The notes below the pieces were generated by a model, which was given only the letters and a program-made list of their open reading frames with translations, did no database searches and was not told the origin of the DNA. This document shows, piece after piece, positions 26,966 through 38,555 of a stretch of DNA of 64,000 bases. The position numbers were made by a program, and so were the translations under genes. Positions within the stretch are counted from its first letter, which is position 1. Each line of letters begins with the position of its first letter. This DNA comes from Torpedo marmorata (Eukaryota): assembly GCA_977017645.1 (NCBI GenBank), contig OZ360235.1, forward strand, positions 67,208,001-67,272,000. Reading direction: 5' to 3'.

Positions 26966-27339
26966 CAGTGGTTTTCAAACTTTTTCTTTCCACTCACATA
27001 CCAACTTAAGCAATCCCTATGCCATAGGTGCTCTGTGATTAGTAAGGGATTACTTCAGGTGGTATGTGAGTGGGGAAAAAAGGTTGAGAACCACTGCTCT
27101 CGACCCAATTGTTACTGAAATATTTTGTTTGAGAAAAAATGTCATTGGCCCATTTCCTTTGGAGTTATGAAACCATGCACATAATGAGTCAATTAGGTAC
27201 AATTAAAACAGTGGTTTTCAAACTTTTTCTTTCCACTCACATACCACCTTAATAATCCCTTACTAATCACAGAGCACCTATGGCATAGGGATTACTTAAG
27301 GTGGTATGCGAGTGGAAATAAAAAGTTTGAAAACCACTG
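26966..27339. mobile_element. Composite non-autonomous hAT (Charlie-like) MITE, copy 1
   Basis: TIR CAGTGGTTTTCAAAC...GTTTGAAAACCACTG; two ~130-bp self-palindromic arms (26966-27096, 27209-27339) around a 112-bp core; TSD AACTAGA(T)G / AACTAGAG. Confidence 0.9.
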
Positions 27340-27759
27340 AACTAGAGGATTGAAGCTAACAGTAAGTGTCGAGGTTCATTTCTGCAAAAGAATGGGAGCT
27401 TTAACCAGAAAGAGAGCAGGATGGAGATGGCTTCTTTAAAGTTGGGAGGAAAAAATACCATTTACTGAATTGTAGAACCAAATGTTCTTTTTTTCTGATC
27501 AACTGTAGGAGAGTGTTTTTAGGAATCCTGCTGAGGGAGCAATATTTGAACCACGATTAAATACTGTGCATAACTTTACACAACTGTGGAGTTAGAAATG
27601 AAGGGAAGCAATTATTTGGCTCAAAGAAAGAAAACCTCTCATTGCCAATATCAGCAAGAGATTAACAGCACAGAAAATAATGTAATCGAGGATGTACAAA
27701 ATAATTAAATACAAACTGGTGCCCACCCCATCTCCATAATCCACCACGAATAACTAAAG

Positions 27760-28170
27760 GGAGTGAGAAACAACTTGTCTTTCAGCAGCAGAGGTTGGGG
27801 AGGGATGGGTAGAACAAAGGGAATATCTCTTATAGTGTGAGACCAAAAGAGTTAACGTAACAGTTAAGAGTAGCAGTTGAAGCACATTATGCTTCTTTGT
27901 CTGAGAAATGTGTTGAAAGACAGACATTCCCAGCAGACTACTATGTTAGTAGAAACAAAACTAAGCTAAAATGATGATCGGCAGAAATAGCCAGTTATTA
28001 TACAGACAAAAAAAGAGCAAGTTACCTATAGGGTCTGGAAGGCTGTAATATACCCAGACAATGGGATGGTGTTCCTTAAGCTTGTGTGGTGCTTGTAACA
28101 GTGCAAAAGTCACTGTGGAAGTCAGAGGGGAATATGGGTGAGAGGTAACTGGAAGCTCAGTCACTCCTGC
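27760..28170 (-). mobile_element. Highly decayed Penelope-like 3' remnant
   Basis: Minus-strand ELPV... and KLKEHHPIV resemble the GIY-YIG C-terminal region seen at 7830-7945. Confidence 0.45.
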
Positions 28171-29342
28171 AGACTGGACATATTCATTAAAAGATGCTGG
28201 TATTAACAACATACACATAAAACACCTTTACGTGGTTTAAACACCACAGAATGCACCATAGCACAAAATACATAAGCTGTTGGTAATTATGGTGAAATTC
28301 GCTCTGATTTTGCCAATGTATATTTTATTATTGGTTGTTATATAAGATTTATTTCTCTCAAGAAAGTAGAGCATCTTCTAGCAAGTAATACTTTGGCTGA
28401 TTGTAGTCCAATTTGACTGCCTGATAGTTAATTCGACATTCAAAATAGTTTGTAAATTAAAGCGAGAAGTGTCCCTATATTCTCGTTTGCTTAGCCAGAA
28501 TATAGCAATTTACTGTTTTGTTTTAAATCTTATCTAAAAGTTGCTTTATCACATTGATACTTTCAATAGAATCACAAAGACGACAAGACACCAGCTCCAC
28601 CAGATGGTTTTTTTTTTCCAGGTTGGAGGTGGCAGTACATTGGCATTGCAGGTAGGGCAGAAGTTAGTGCATGTCTCACAGATGGAAAGCCCTGGGTTCA
28701 ATTCTGACCTCTCAGGCTATGTGGACTTTGCACCTGGGTACTCCAGTTTCCTCCCACACCCCAAAAACATGCTGGTTGTTAGATAAATTAGGTGCCGTAA
28801 GCTACCTTGTTGTGAGGAGAATCAGAATGGAATGGATGGGCACATGAGAAAGTAGATTACAAGAAATAGCAGAATGACATAGCTCTAGAACTTCATTAGC
28901 TTAATAGCCACTTCCTATGTCATAGGGAAACAAAAATAAATGTAGAATTAGAGGTAAATTGGAAAGAAGGGACATCGGATCAGAAGAGATAAAATCCTTA
29001 TGGGTTGAGTTTCAGGAATGGTAAAGGTAAAAGGACACTCATGGTAGTTATATACAGGTCTCCAAACAGCAGCCGGAATGTGGACTAAAAAATAAAACTG
29101 GAAATACATATGGCATGTCAGAAGGACAGCGTTACGATAATCATGGAGAATTTTAAAATGAAAATAGATAGGGAAAGTCAGGTTGGTATTGGATCACAGG
29201 AGAGAGTTTTTGGAATGCCTACGGGATGGCTTTTGTTGATGAGCCCACCAGGGGATCAGCTATTCTGGATTGGGTGTTGTGTAATGAACCAGAGGTGATT
29301 AGAGTGCTTAAGGTAAAGGAACCCTTAGGAGGCAGTGATCCG

Positions 29343-29985
29343 ATTCAGATTTCAGATTTATGGTCAGAGTACATACATGACATCACATACAACCCTGAGA
29401 TTCTTTTTTCTGCAGACGAGGCAGAATTACCACTTATTGGTGGTGCAAAAAAAAACTGTACACAGTGCATACATGTAAACAAATAAAGAACTGTAAACAG
29501 ATAATGAATGTAAACAAACTGTGCAATACGGAGAGAATACAATAAGAATCAATAAAGTGCACAAGAGTCCTTAAATGAGTCCCTGATTGAGTTTGTTGTC
29601 GAAGAGTCTGATGGTGGAGGGGTAGCAGCTGTTCCTGAACCTGGTGGTGCGAGTCTTGTGGCACCAATACCTCTTTCCTGATGGCAACAGCGAGAACAGA
29701 GCGTGTGCTGGGTGGTGTGGATCCTTGATTGCTGCTGCTCTCCGACGGCAGCGTTCCCTGTAGATGTTCTCAATGCCTGTGTCCACTACCTTTTGGAGGG
29801 CTTTACGCTCAGGGGTATTGGTGTCCCCATACCAGACCGTGATGCAGCCGATCAGCACACTTTCCACCACAAATCTGTAGAAATTTGCCAGGGTTTCTGG
29901 TGTCATACCAAACCTCCGCAAACTCCTGAGGAAGTAGAGGCGTCGAAGTGCTTTCTTCACGATGCCATTAGAGTGTTGGGTCCCA
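29343..29985 (-). mobile_element. Rex1/Babar-type LINE 3' fragment inserted in CR1
   Basis: ORF 29571-29993: RRLYFLRSLRRFG..FYRFVVESVL..WYG..HPAHALFSLLPSGKRY..TTRFRNS. Confidence 0.85.
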
Positions 29986-30656
29986 ATAATCACAATATGA
30001 TTGCATTCACTTTGAAATTTGAAAATTAGAGGCTAAATTCCGATGTGTCGGTATTTCAGTGGAGTAAATTAGTCGCATGAGAGAGGAACTGGCCAAAGTC
30101 GATTGGAAAAGCACACTAATGGGGAAGACAGCAGATCAGAAATGGCTGGAGTTTCTGCAAAAAATGAGGAAAGTGCAGGACGAGTACATAACAAACAGAA
30201 TGAAATTTGTGAATGGAAAAATGAGACACCTGTGGCTGACAAGAGAAGTTAAAGCCAAAGTAAAAGCAAAAGAGAGGACATACAAGGAAGTAAAAATAAG
30301 TGGGAAGATAGAGGACTGGAAAACTTTTAAAAACTTAGAAGACAACTAAGAAGGTGATTAGGAAAGAAAAGATGAATTATGAAAGGTTAGCAAATAATAT
30401 CGAAGAATACTAAAAGATTTTTTAAATATATAAAGAGTAAAAGAGTAACCAAAGTAGACATAGGACCGATAGAAAACGATGCTGGAGAAATTGTAATGGG
30501 AGACAAGGAGATGACAGAGGAAATGAATGAAAATTCTGGATCAGTCTTCACTGTGGAAGACATTAGTATCATGGCACTCTCAGAAGAGAAGTGAGTGCAG
30601 TCAAGACCATGAGAGAAGGTACTTGGGAAGCTAAATGGTCTAAGGGTAGACAAGTC

Positions 30657-31903
30657 CTGTTTGACCAATCTGATTGAATTTTTTGAAGAGGTGACTAGGA
30701 ATGTGGATGAGGGTAGCGCAGTGGATGTTGTCTCTATGGACTTCAGTAAGGCCTTCGATAAGGTTCCGCATGGAAGGTTAGTTAGGAAGGTGCAGTCTTT
30801 AGGTATAAATTCTGAGATAGTCAAATGGATTGAACATTGGCTGGAAGGGAGAGGCCAGAGAGTGGTAGTGGATAATTGTCTGTCAGGTTGGAGGCCGGTG
30901 GTGTGCCTCAGGGATCTGTATTGGGCCCATTGTTGTTCGTTATATATATCAATGATCTAGATGATGGGGTGGTAAACTGGATTAGTAAATATGCAGATGA
31001 TACTAAGATAGGTGGAATAGTGGATAATGAAGAAGGTTTTCAAGGATTGCAGAGGGATTTGGGCTGCTTAGAAAAGTGGGCTGAAAAATGGCAGATGGAG
31101 TTTAATGCTGATAAGTGTGAGGTGCTTCATTTTGGTAAGAAGAATCAGAACAGGACATATGTAGTAAATGGGAGAGCATTGATGAATACAGAAGAGCAGA
31201 TTTAGGAATAACGGTGCATCGTTCCCTGAAGGTGGAAACTCATGTGAATAGGATGGTGAAGGCTTTTAGTATGCTGGCCTTTATCAATCATTGCATAGAA
31301 TATAGGAGTTGGGAAGTGATGTTGAGATTATATAAGGCTTTGGTGCGGCCTAATTTAGAGTTCTGTGTGCAGTTCTGGTCGCCAAATTATAGGAAGGATA
31401 TCAACAAGGTGGAGAGAGTGCAGAGAAGGTTTACCAGAATGTTACCTGGGTTTAAGAATCTAGAGTACAAGGAGAGATTGAGCATATTAGGTCTTTATTC
31501 TTTGAAGCGTAGAAGGTTGAGAGGGGATTTGATAGAGGTATTTAAAATTATGAAAGGGATAGACAGAGTGGATGTGGATAGACTATTTCCATTAAGAATA
31601 GGAGAGATTGAAACAAGAGGACATGAGCTAAGAGTTAAGGGGCAGAGGTTTAGAGGTAACATGAGGGGGAACTTCTTTACTCAGAGAGTGGTAGCGGTGT
31701 GGAATGAGCTTCCGGGAGAAGTAGTGGCAGCAGAGTCAATTTTATTATTTAAGAAAAAGTTGGACAAGTATATGGATGAGAAGGAAGTGGAGGGTTATGG
31801 GCAGGGTGCAGGTAGGTGGGACTAGATAGGAATGTTTGGTTCGGTGCGGACTGGAAGGGCCTAATGGCCTGTTTCCGTGCTGTTATGGTTATATGGTTAT
31901 ATA
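30657..31903 (+). mobile_element. Younger CR1 LINE 3' fragment inserted in the older CR1
   Basis: RT pieces [50 protein letters not shown]; GGTTAT-repeat tail; AAGTC repeated at both junctions. Confidence 0.88.
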
Positions 31904-32190
31904 TAAGTCTCCCGGACCGGATGGAATGCACACTTGGGTTCTGAAGGAGGTAGCTGTAGAGATTATGGAGGCATTGTTAATGATCTTCCAGGAATCAATG
32001 GATTCTGGCATCATTCTGGTGGACTGGAGGATCACAAATGTCACTCCGCTGTTTAGGAAGGGAGGTTGGTCATTGCCAGAATTAACACACACCTAAGCAA
32101 AGGTCTGGACGCACTGCAATTCGCCTATCATCACAATCGCTCCACAGCAGACGCAATATCACTGGCTCTCCACTCAGCTCTGGATCACCC

Positions 32191-33297
32191 TACGACATGG
32201 ACCAGCAGCAATAGAAATTCACCAAGACAATGGTATCTTCAAAACAATAATTTTTATTAATAACTATTACTAATATAAAATCTTACTTAACTCTAAACTT
32301 AACCCCACTGTGTGTGTGTGTGTGGCACATCCCAAACCATTACAGCTCAGGCACGATTCTGAAAAGTCAATTTTAAAGTTCAGTCTTAGAAATCTTTTGT
32401 GTTGAAACTCAGTCTTTAAACTGCTGTTCAAAAGTAATTATGGAGTAGGTGAGGTGCCAAGTCATCAAACTTCTCAAAATCACGAATTTTTGTGCAGTTG
32501 CTTTCAGAGAAATATTTCTTCATACGAATGATTTTTCCACAATTCCCCTCTCTTGCGTGGAGGTTACGGAACTTGTGATTTCCATGATGATTTCACAAAC
32601 CCAGGCAAGGGTTAAATGAAGTGACCATTACAAATGGACACGCAAAACTGCCCTCTCTTGACAAAGAGACAGTTGAAATGGCCCTTTTCATCTAAGCCAC
32701 TGATTCTGCGTTCCTTCCCTGTCAAAGGGAGAACGCACAACAGTACCTCTCTCATTGAAAGTTACGGCATCTCTGACTTCAGATGAAGCATGGTTCAATA
32801 TTAAAGATGCCTTCTTGGAGCGTCGTAATCACATGACATCACTGCTGGCTTTTGTTTCAAATTTCATTTCTTCAGAAACCAAAAAGACAACTCATGGCAA
32901 ATGCCTTCCTGCTTGTTTATACAGATTATCAAACAAATGGCTGCTTCTTTGACCAGGTGTCTCTCTGAGTGTTTGAAGTTCCAACTCTTCCAAAAGTTAA
33001 CGAGAAAATGCTTCCAGGCTGTCTGCTCAGACCAACAAGCAGAATAGCTGTGTGTATACACAGGTGCTTCTGAGCAAACATCCATTGTCTCTGGACTTTC
33101 AAATGGCACAATCCAAAACTTTTACTGCTTTGAATTGAGACACTTTGTCTCCAGAAAACCTCTCTTATCTGATACACAAACGTGTGGTGTGCCTTTGTGT
33201 GTGTAATTGTCTTTCCCTGTTTCCAAACCCACAAAGTCTTTAATAAAAATAATATATTTTATAACTGAAAGATTACTAATAACATAATTCTGTAACA
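32191..33297. mobile_element. Probable solo LTR inserted in the Rex LINE
   Basis: Interrupts the Rex RT reading, ends TGTAACA, shares GACCAGCAGCAATAGAAATTC and following sequence with 25403-26330. Confidence 0.6.
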
Positions 33298-33775
33298 ACA
33301 ACTCATACATATGGCTGCTCTTCAGACTACAGCTCAGCCTTCAACACCATTATTCCCTCAGTGTTGGTCAAGAAGCTCCAAACTTCCAGACCACAGTCAG
33401 TACGAATTGGTAAAAACGTCTCCTCCTTACTATCAACACAGGCGCACCTCAAGGATGCGTGATTAGCCCACTGCTCTACTCACTATACACCCATGACTGT
33501 GTGGCCAGGCACAATTCCAATGCTATCTACAAATTTGCTGACGACACCACAGTTGTCCGCAGAATCACAAACGGCAATGAGGAAGCGTACAAGGAGGGAG
33601 ATAGATCAGCTCGTTAACGTGGTAATGATCATTGTAATGTGGTAATGATAACATCCTTGTTAACATGAATAACGGTAACACCCAGTCTCTTCGGTAACTT
33701 AACGTGTAACGGTCAATCTCTTTGGTAACGTATAATGGTCAATCTCTTCGGTAATGGTCAACAGAAAATATCGGA

Positions 33776-33924
33776 AGTAAAACACGAAAATCTGTAGACG
33801 CCGTGGTTAAGTAAAAAACACAAATGCTGGAGAACTCAGCAGGTCAAACAGTGTCTTTTATGTAGCAAAGGTAGAAATACATAACCGACGTTTCGGGCTT
33901 GAGCCCTTCATCAAAGTTTTATTT
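33776..33924 (-). mobile_element. Short Penelope-derived insert with minimal hammerhead ribozyme
   Basis: Nearly identical to 26485-26634; core TTGATGAAGGGCTCAAGCCCGAAACGTC on the minus strand (33887-33914); perfect 13-bp TSD AGAAAATATCGGA at 33763-33775 and 33925-33937. Confidence 0.88.
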
Positions 33925-36900
33925 AGAAAATATCGGAGCCTGACTCTATCCCGCCATACCAGTCAACGCGGGCCGACTGCCCCCCGCGCATGCACCAACA
34001 ACCCCAGTCAATAGCGCATGCGCACTGGAAGATGCAGAACATCCGCAGCCTCCGGTCCCCAGGACACCGCCGACGCCCAAACCGACAACGGTAAACAATG
34101 AGCCTTTGGCTCTTAGTTAGCAAAACCAAGGAGATGATTGTGGTCTTCAGGAGGAAGTCAGGAGAACACGATCCAGTCCTCATCAAGGGCTCAGTAGTGG
34201 AGGGTCAAGAACTTCAAATTCCATGGTGTCAACATCTCCGAGGATCTGTCCTGGAGCCTCCATGTCGATGCAATCACGAAGAAGGCTCTCCAACGGCTAT
34301 ACTTTGTAAGGTATTTGAGGAGATTCGGTATGTCACAGAAGACTTCTACAGGTGTACCGTGGAGAGCATTCTGGCTGGTACGGAGGTGCCAATGCTCAGG
34401 ACAAGAAAAAACTCCAGAGAGTTGTTAACTCGGCCTGCGACATCACAGGCACCAGACTTCACTCCACTGAGGACACCAACAAGAGGCGGTGTCTTAAGAA
34501 AGCAGCCTCTATCCTCGAGGACCCCCACCACCCAGGCCATGCCCTCTTCAACCATCGGGAAAAAGGTACTGGAGCCTAAAGACGAGCACTCAACGGCACA
34601 AGGTGAGCTTCTTCCCCGCTGCCATCAGATTCCTGAATAATCAATGAACCAAAGACACTGCCTTACTTGGACTTTTAGTGCACTATTTTTACTTATTGTT
34701 GTAAGGTGGTTTATATGAATGTTTTCACTGCGATGCTGCTGCAAAACAACGAATTTCGTGATTTTTCATGACAAGTTCTGATTCTGAGGCAGCAGAAAGG
34801 AAATCATAGACCTATTAGGTTGAAGTCAGTGGTTGGGAAGCTGATTGTCAAGGATGAGGTTACGGAATACCTGGAGGTTCATGAAAAGATAGGCCCAGTC
34901 AGTATGGTTTCCTTTAAAGGAAAATCATGTCTGACAAACCTATTACAGTTTTTTGAACAGGTCACAAGTAGGATGGACAGGGGAGATGCAGTGGATGTTG
35001 TGTATTTGGACTTTCAAAAAAAGCCTTCAGCATGGTGCCACATGTAAGGCTGCTAAATGAGATGAGAGCCCATGGAATTACAGGAAGGATACTAGCATTG
35101 GCTGATCGGCAGGAAACAGTAGGAATAAAGGGATCCTGTTCTGGTTGGTTACCAGTGGTGTTCCACAGGAGTCGGTGTTGGGGCCGCGTCTTTTTACATT
35201 GTATATAAATGATTTGGATTATGGAATAGATGGCTTTGTTGCAGATGATACCAAAATAGGTGGTACGGTGGGTGGTGCTGAGGATACTGAAAGGTTGCAG
35301 AGAGACTTGGATAAATTAGGAGAATGGGCTAAGAGGTGGCAGCTGAAATACAATGTTGGAAAGTGTACGGTCATGCACTTTGGTAGAAGAAATAGACGAG
35401 CAGACTATTATTTTGATGGAGAAAATTCAAAATTCAGAGGTGCAAAAGGACTTGGGAGGCCTCGTGCAGGATACCCTAAAGGTTAACCTCTAGGTTAAGT
35501 CAGTGGTGAAAAAGGCGAATGCAATATTGGCATTCATTTCTAGAGGAATAGCATACAAGAGCAGGGATGTAATGTTGAGATTCTATAAAGCACTGGTGAG
35601 ACCTCATTTGGAGTACTGTGTTGTTTTGAGCACCTTATTTGAGAAAAGACATGGTGTTGGAGAGGGTTCAGAGATTTACTAGAATGATACCAGAAATGAA
35701 AGGGTTAGCATATGAGGAACCATTTTGGCTCTTGGACTATACTCGGAGAACACAAGGATGAGGGGGGGTGGGGGGGGGACCTCGTTGCGGCATTTCGAAT
35801 GCTGAAAGGCCTGGGACAGAGTAGATGTGGCAAGGATGTTTCCCATGGTAGGGAATTCTAGGACAAGAGGGCATAACTTCATGATAAATGGGCCTCGATT
35901 TGAAAGAGACTCGTAAAAATTTCTTTAGTCAGAGGGTCGTGAGTCTGTGGAACTTGTTGCCACAGGCGGCTGTGGAAGCGAGGTTGTTGGGTGTATTTAA
36001 GGCCGAGAGTGACAGGTATTTGATTAGTCAGGACATAAAAGGTGATGGGGAGAAGGTCGGGGAGTGGGACTGAGTGGGAGGATGTAGGACTTCATGATGA
36101 GAATAGTGGAGCAGGCTCGATGGGCCAATGGGCCTACTTCTGCTCCTAAATCTTTGATCTTGTAAATCAAGTTTAAGATGCAGGTCTATTTGGGCTCGAT
36201 TTTGACATTCTCATTTAACTAAGATTCTGAGAGGGAGGAAGTGACTTACTCAGAATTATACTTCTTTTCTAGATGTCTGCAGGGATATTGAGGGAAGGCA
36301 AATTTTAGTGAAAACCATGCCATTACAATTTTGGTACACTGGGCCAAAGGTGCAGAATCCATCTTCATGGAAAATATTGCATTCTGCATACATCTTGATA
36401 GGCCACAATTTACATTTCTAAACTGAAGAAAATGGACATCCAAAACACTTTTGGATTTGCCCACATATTACAGACCAACCCTTCCATTCCAATTCAGAGT
36501 GTTTTTGACGTTCAGCTCTGTTAGAACTTGCAGACACAAAGTCATGAATGTCGGGTAGAATATCAGCCAAGTTGTAATGGGATTGCAATTTAGCTGTTAC
36601 AGTGCAGAAAGGAAAACCGATTGCACCATAGCTTTTCCAAACGTAAGCAGAAGCTTACAAAGAGAAGTTTTGGACAGCAAGGATGGACTAATTTTCTTTT
36701 CGTTCAGTTAATTCTGAATGTAACAGGAACTACCAGAATTCTGCAGTGTGCATTCAATAATGTTAAATATTCAGTTTTGGGAACAAGAGGTGAAAGACAT
36801 GAAATTGATTTCTTAAAGGACAAGTCAATTTCACATCTTTCACCTCCCATTCCCAAAAGTGATCTGAATGAGTAGAAAACACCTGCTTACATAAAAATGG

Positions 36901-37791
36901 CATGATTACTACTCTGTTGCAAATGGAGATTAATACCAGTACAATTGAAAATTTGACTGATGTATTTTTGTTAATGCAAAGTATTAAGGGATACAAGACA
37001 CGAGAGACTGCAGATATTGGAATACGGAGCAATAAACAAGTTGCTAGAGGAACTCAGTGGGTCGAGCAGCATCAGCGAAAGAAAAAAAGGCTGATCAACA
37101 ATGCTGTGAGCCACTGAGTTATTGACTCATTGAAGCTGCTGGACCTGCTGAGTTTCTCCAGCAGACTGTTGAGCAAGTATTTGGAGTTGGGTTGTAGATC
37201 AACCTGGTTACTGAAAGTAGAATAGGGTTAAGCAAATACATGATCTACTCCTGGTGCTCTCAGAATAGAAAATAATTGTAACCTCAAATATTTGATAATC
37301 AATTAGAAATGTTATAGACACACAAATAAAAGCATCTGCTTACATAAGTGACCCTAAAAAGACATTAAAATATCTGCAAAAAAGTTCATGCAAATTCTTA
37401 TTTAAACTTTTTTTTAAACTTTATGTCCTGCAACAAGACAATGCACTTTAAAATATGGTTTATGAGCTGTTCATGGAAAGCACACGTAATGAGAGCTCTG
37501 ACTTCACAAAATCTTGGACATAAACGAGGGCATGTGGTATGTTAATGAGGATAGCAGTATATTAATATTATTTAAATAAGGCTTGATTCCCAGTAAAAAT
37601 ATTTTTGGTGGGGCATTGTTAAAAATCAGATAAACATATTTAGAAAATGTCTATTTTCTAAATAAAACTGATCTTACTTATTAATGATCAAATTAAGACA
37701 CTGCACTTAGTCCTTAAATTCAAAACATAATTAAATTACCCTTCAAAGTATGCATTTCGTTCCATAAAATAAACAAGGAATAGAAAAAGTA

Positions 37792-38555
37792 CCGTATTTG
37801 ACGGCAGACAAGACCTTTTTTTCCCCAAAAAAATCGCCTCAAAAACCATTTTGGTGCCGCCATTTTGGGCACCGAGTGGAGTCCAAGAAACGGGCCCGCA
37901 GCTTCGCGGACCACCTTCCCTTGGGTGGCCCATACTTTCCGGAGTCGCCGCCGCTCACTTCCCCCAGTAAGAAGGCTCGCTCTCTCCCTCCCATTCGCTC
38001 TCCCCGCCCACCCGCTCTCCCCGCTCGTTTGCTCTCACCAACAGTGCTTTGAGGGGAGCGCTGGGCCTCGATGATCAGCCTTTGTTCGACGAGCTCGGAC
38101 CCTCGGGCAAATTGAATGAGGCGCGGGTGGCAGTGAGCGAGCAGCCTGTCAAGCTCAGCTAAACAGGCCGCCCACTCGCTCACTGCCACCCGCACCTCAA
38201 TCTGTTCGGGGGGCCGTGCGCATCAAACAAAGGCTCAGCGTGGAGCCTGATCACCGAGGCCCAGCGCTCCCCTCAAAGCAAGCGATCGATTGTCTGCTCC
38301 CCGCGACGGTGGGCCTGGGCCCTGCCCGTTATCCTGGCTTCTCTCCCTTCCACCCTCGCGGGTCCCGGTGTGCCTGTCAATCAATTAGCGTTTGGACGGT
38401 GTGGGGGAAGCAGCCTGAGCCTCGGCGTGCAGTGGGCAGGAGGACGTGTTGCTGCTGTTTAGATAAATACACTAAAACAAATTTTTCCTGAAATCTCATG
38501 CTAAGAACCAGGGGGGGGGGGGTTGGGGGGGGATCCTATATGCCGTCAAATACGG
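37792..38555. mobile_element. Non-autonomous Tc1/mariner (Tc2/pogo-like) DNA transposon
   Basis: TIR CCGTATTTGACGGCA...TGCCGTCAAATACGG, TA on both sides, GC/CpG-rich interior with an internal ~35-bp inverted repeat (~38045-38080 and ~38247-38280). Confidence 0.85.

Larger units (their letters stand above)
32066..34787 (+). mobile_element. Rex1/Babar-type LINE (RT to 3' end), itself interrupted
   Basis: LDALQFAY..NRSTADAISLALH (32066-32190); DYSSAFNTI, GAPQGCV, KFADDTT (33298-33615); SKTKEMIV.. to TTCTGATTCTGA tail (34116-34787). Confidence 0.85.
28940..36163 (+). mobile_element. Decayed CR1 LINE ORF2 hosting several nested insertions
   Basis: Colinear pieces: EN (VIYRSPNS, EPTRGSAILDWVL..LGGSD|HNMI) 28940-29342; 29986-30656; KSPGPDGMH..FRKGG 31904-32065; RT (KSCLTNL, VDVVYLDFQK, GVPQESVLGP, ADDTK) and 3' end 34786-36163. 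Confidence 0.85.
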
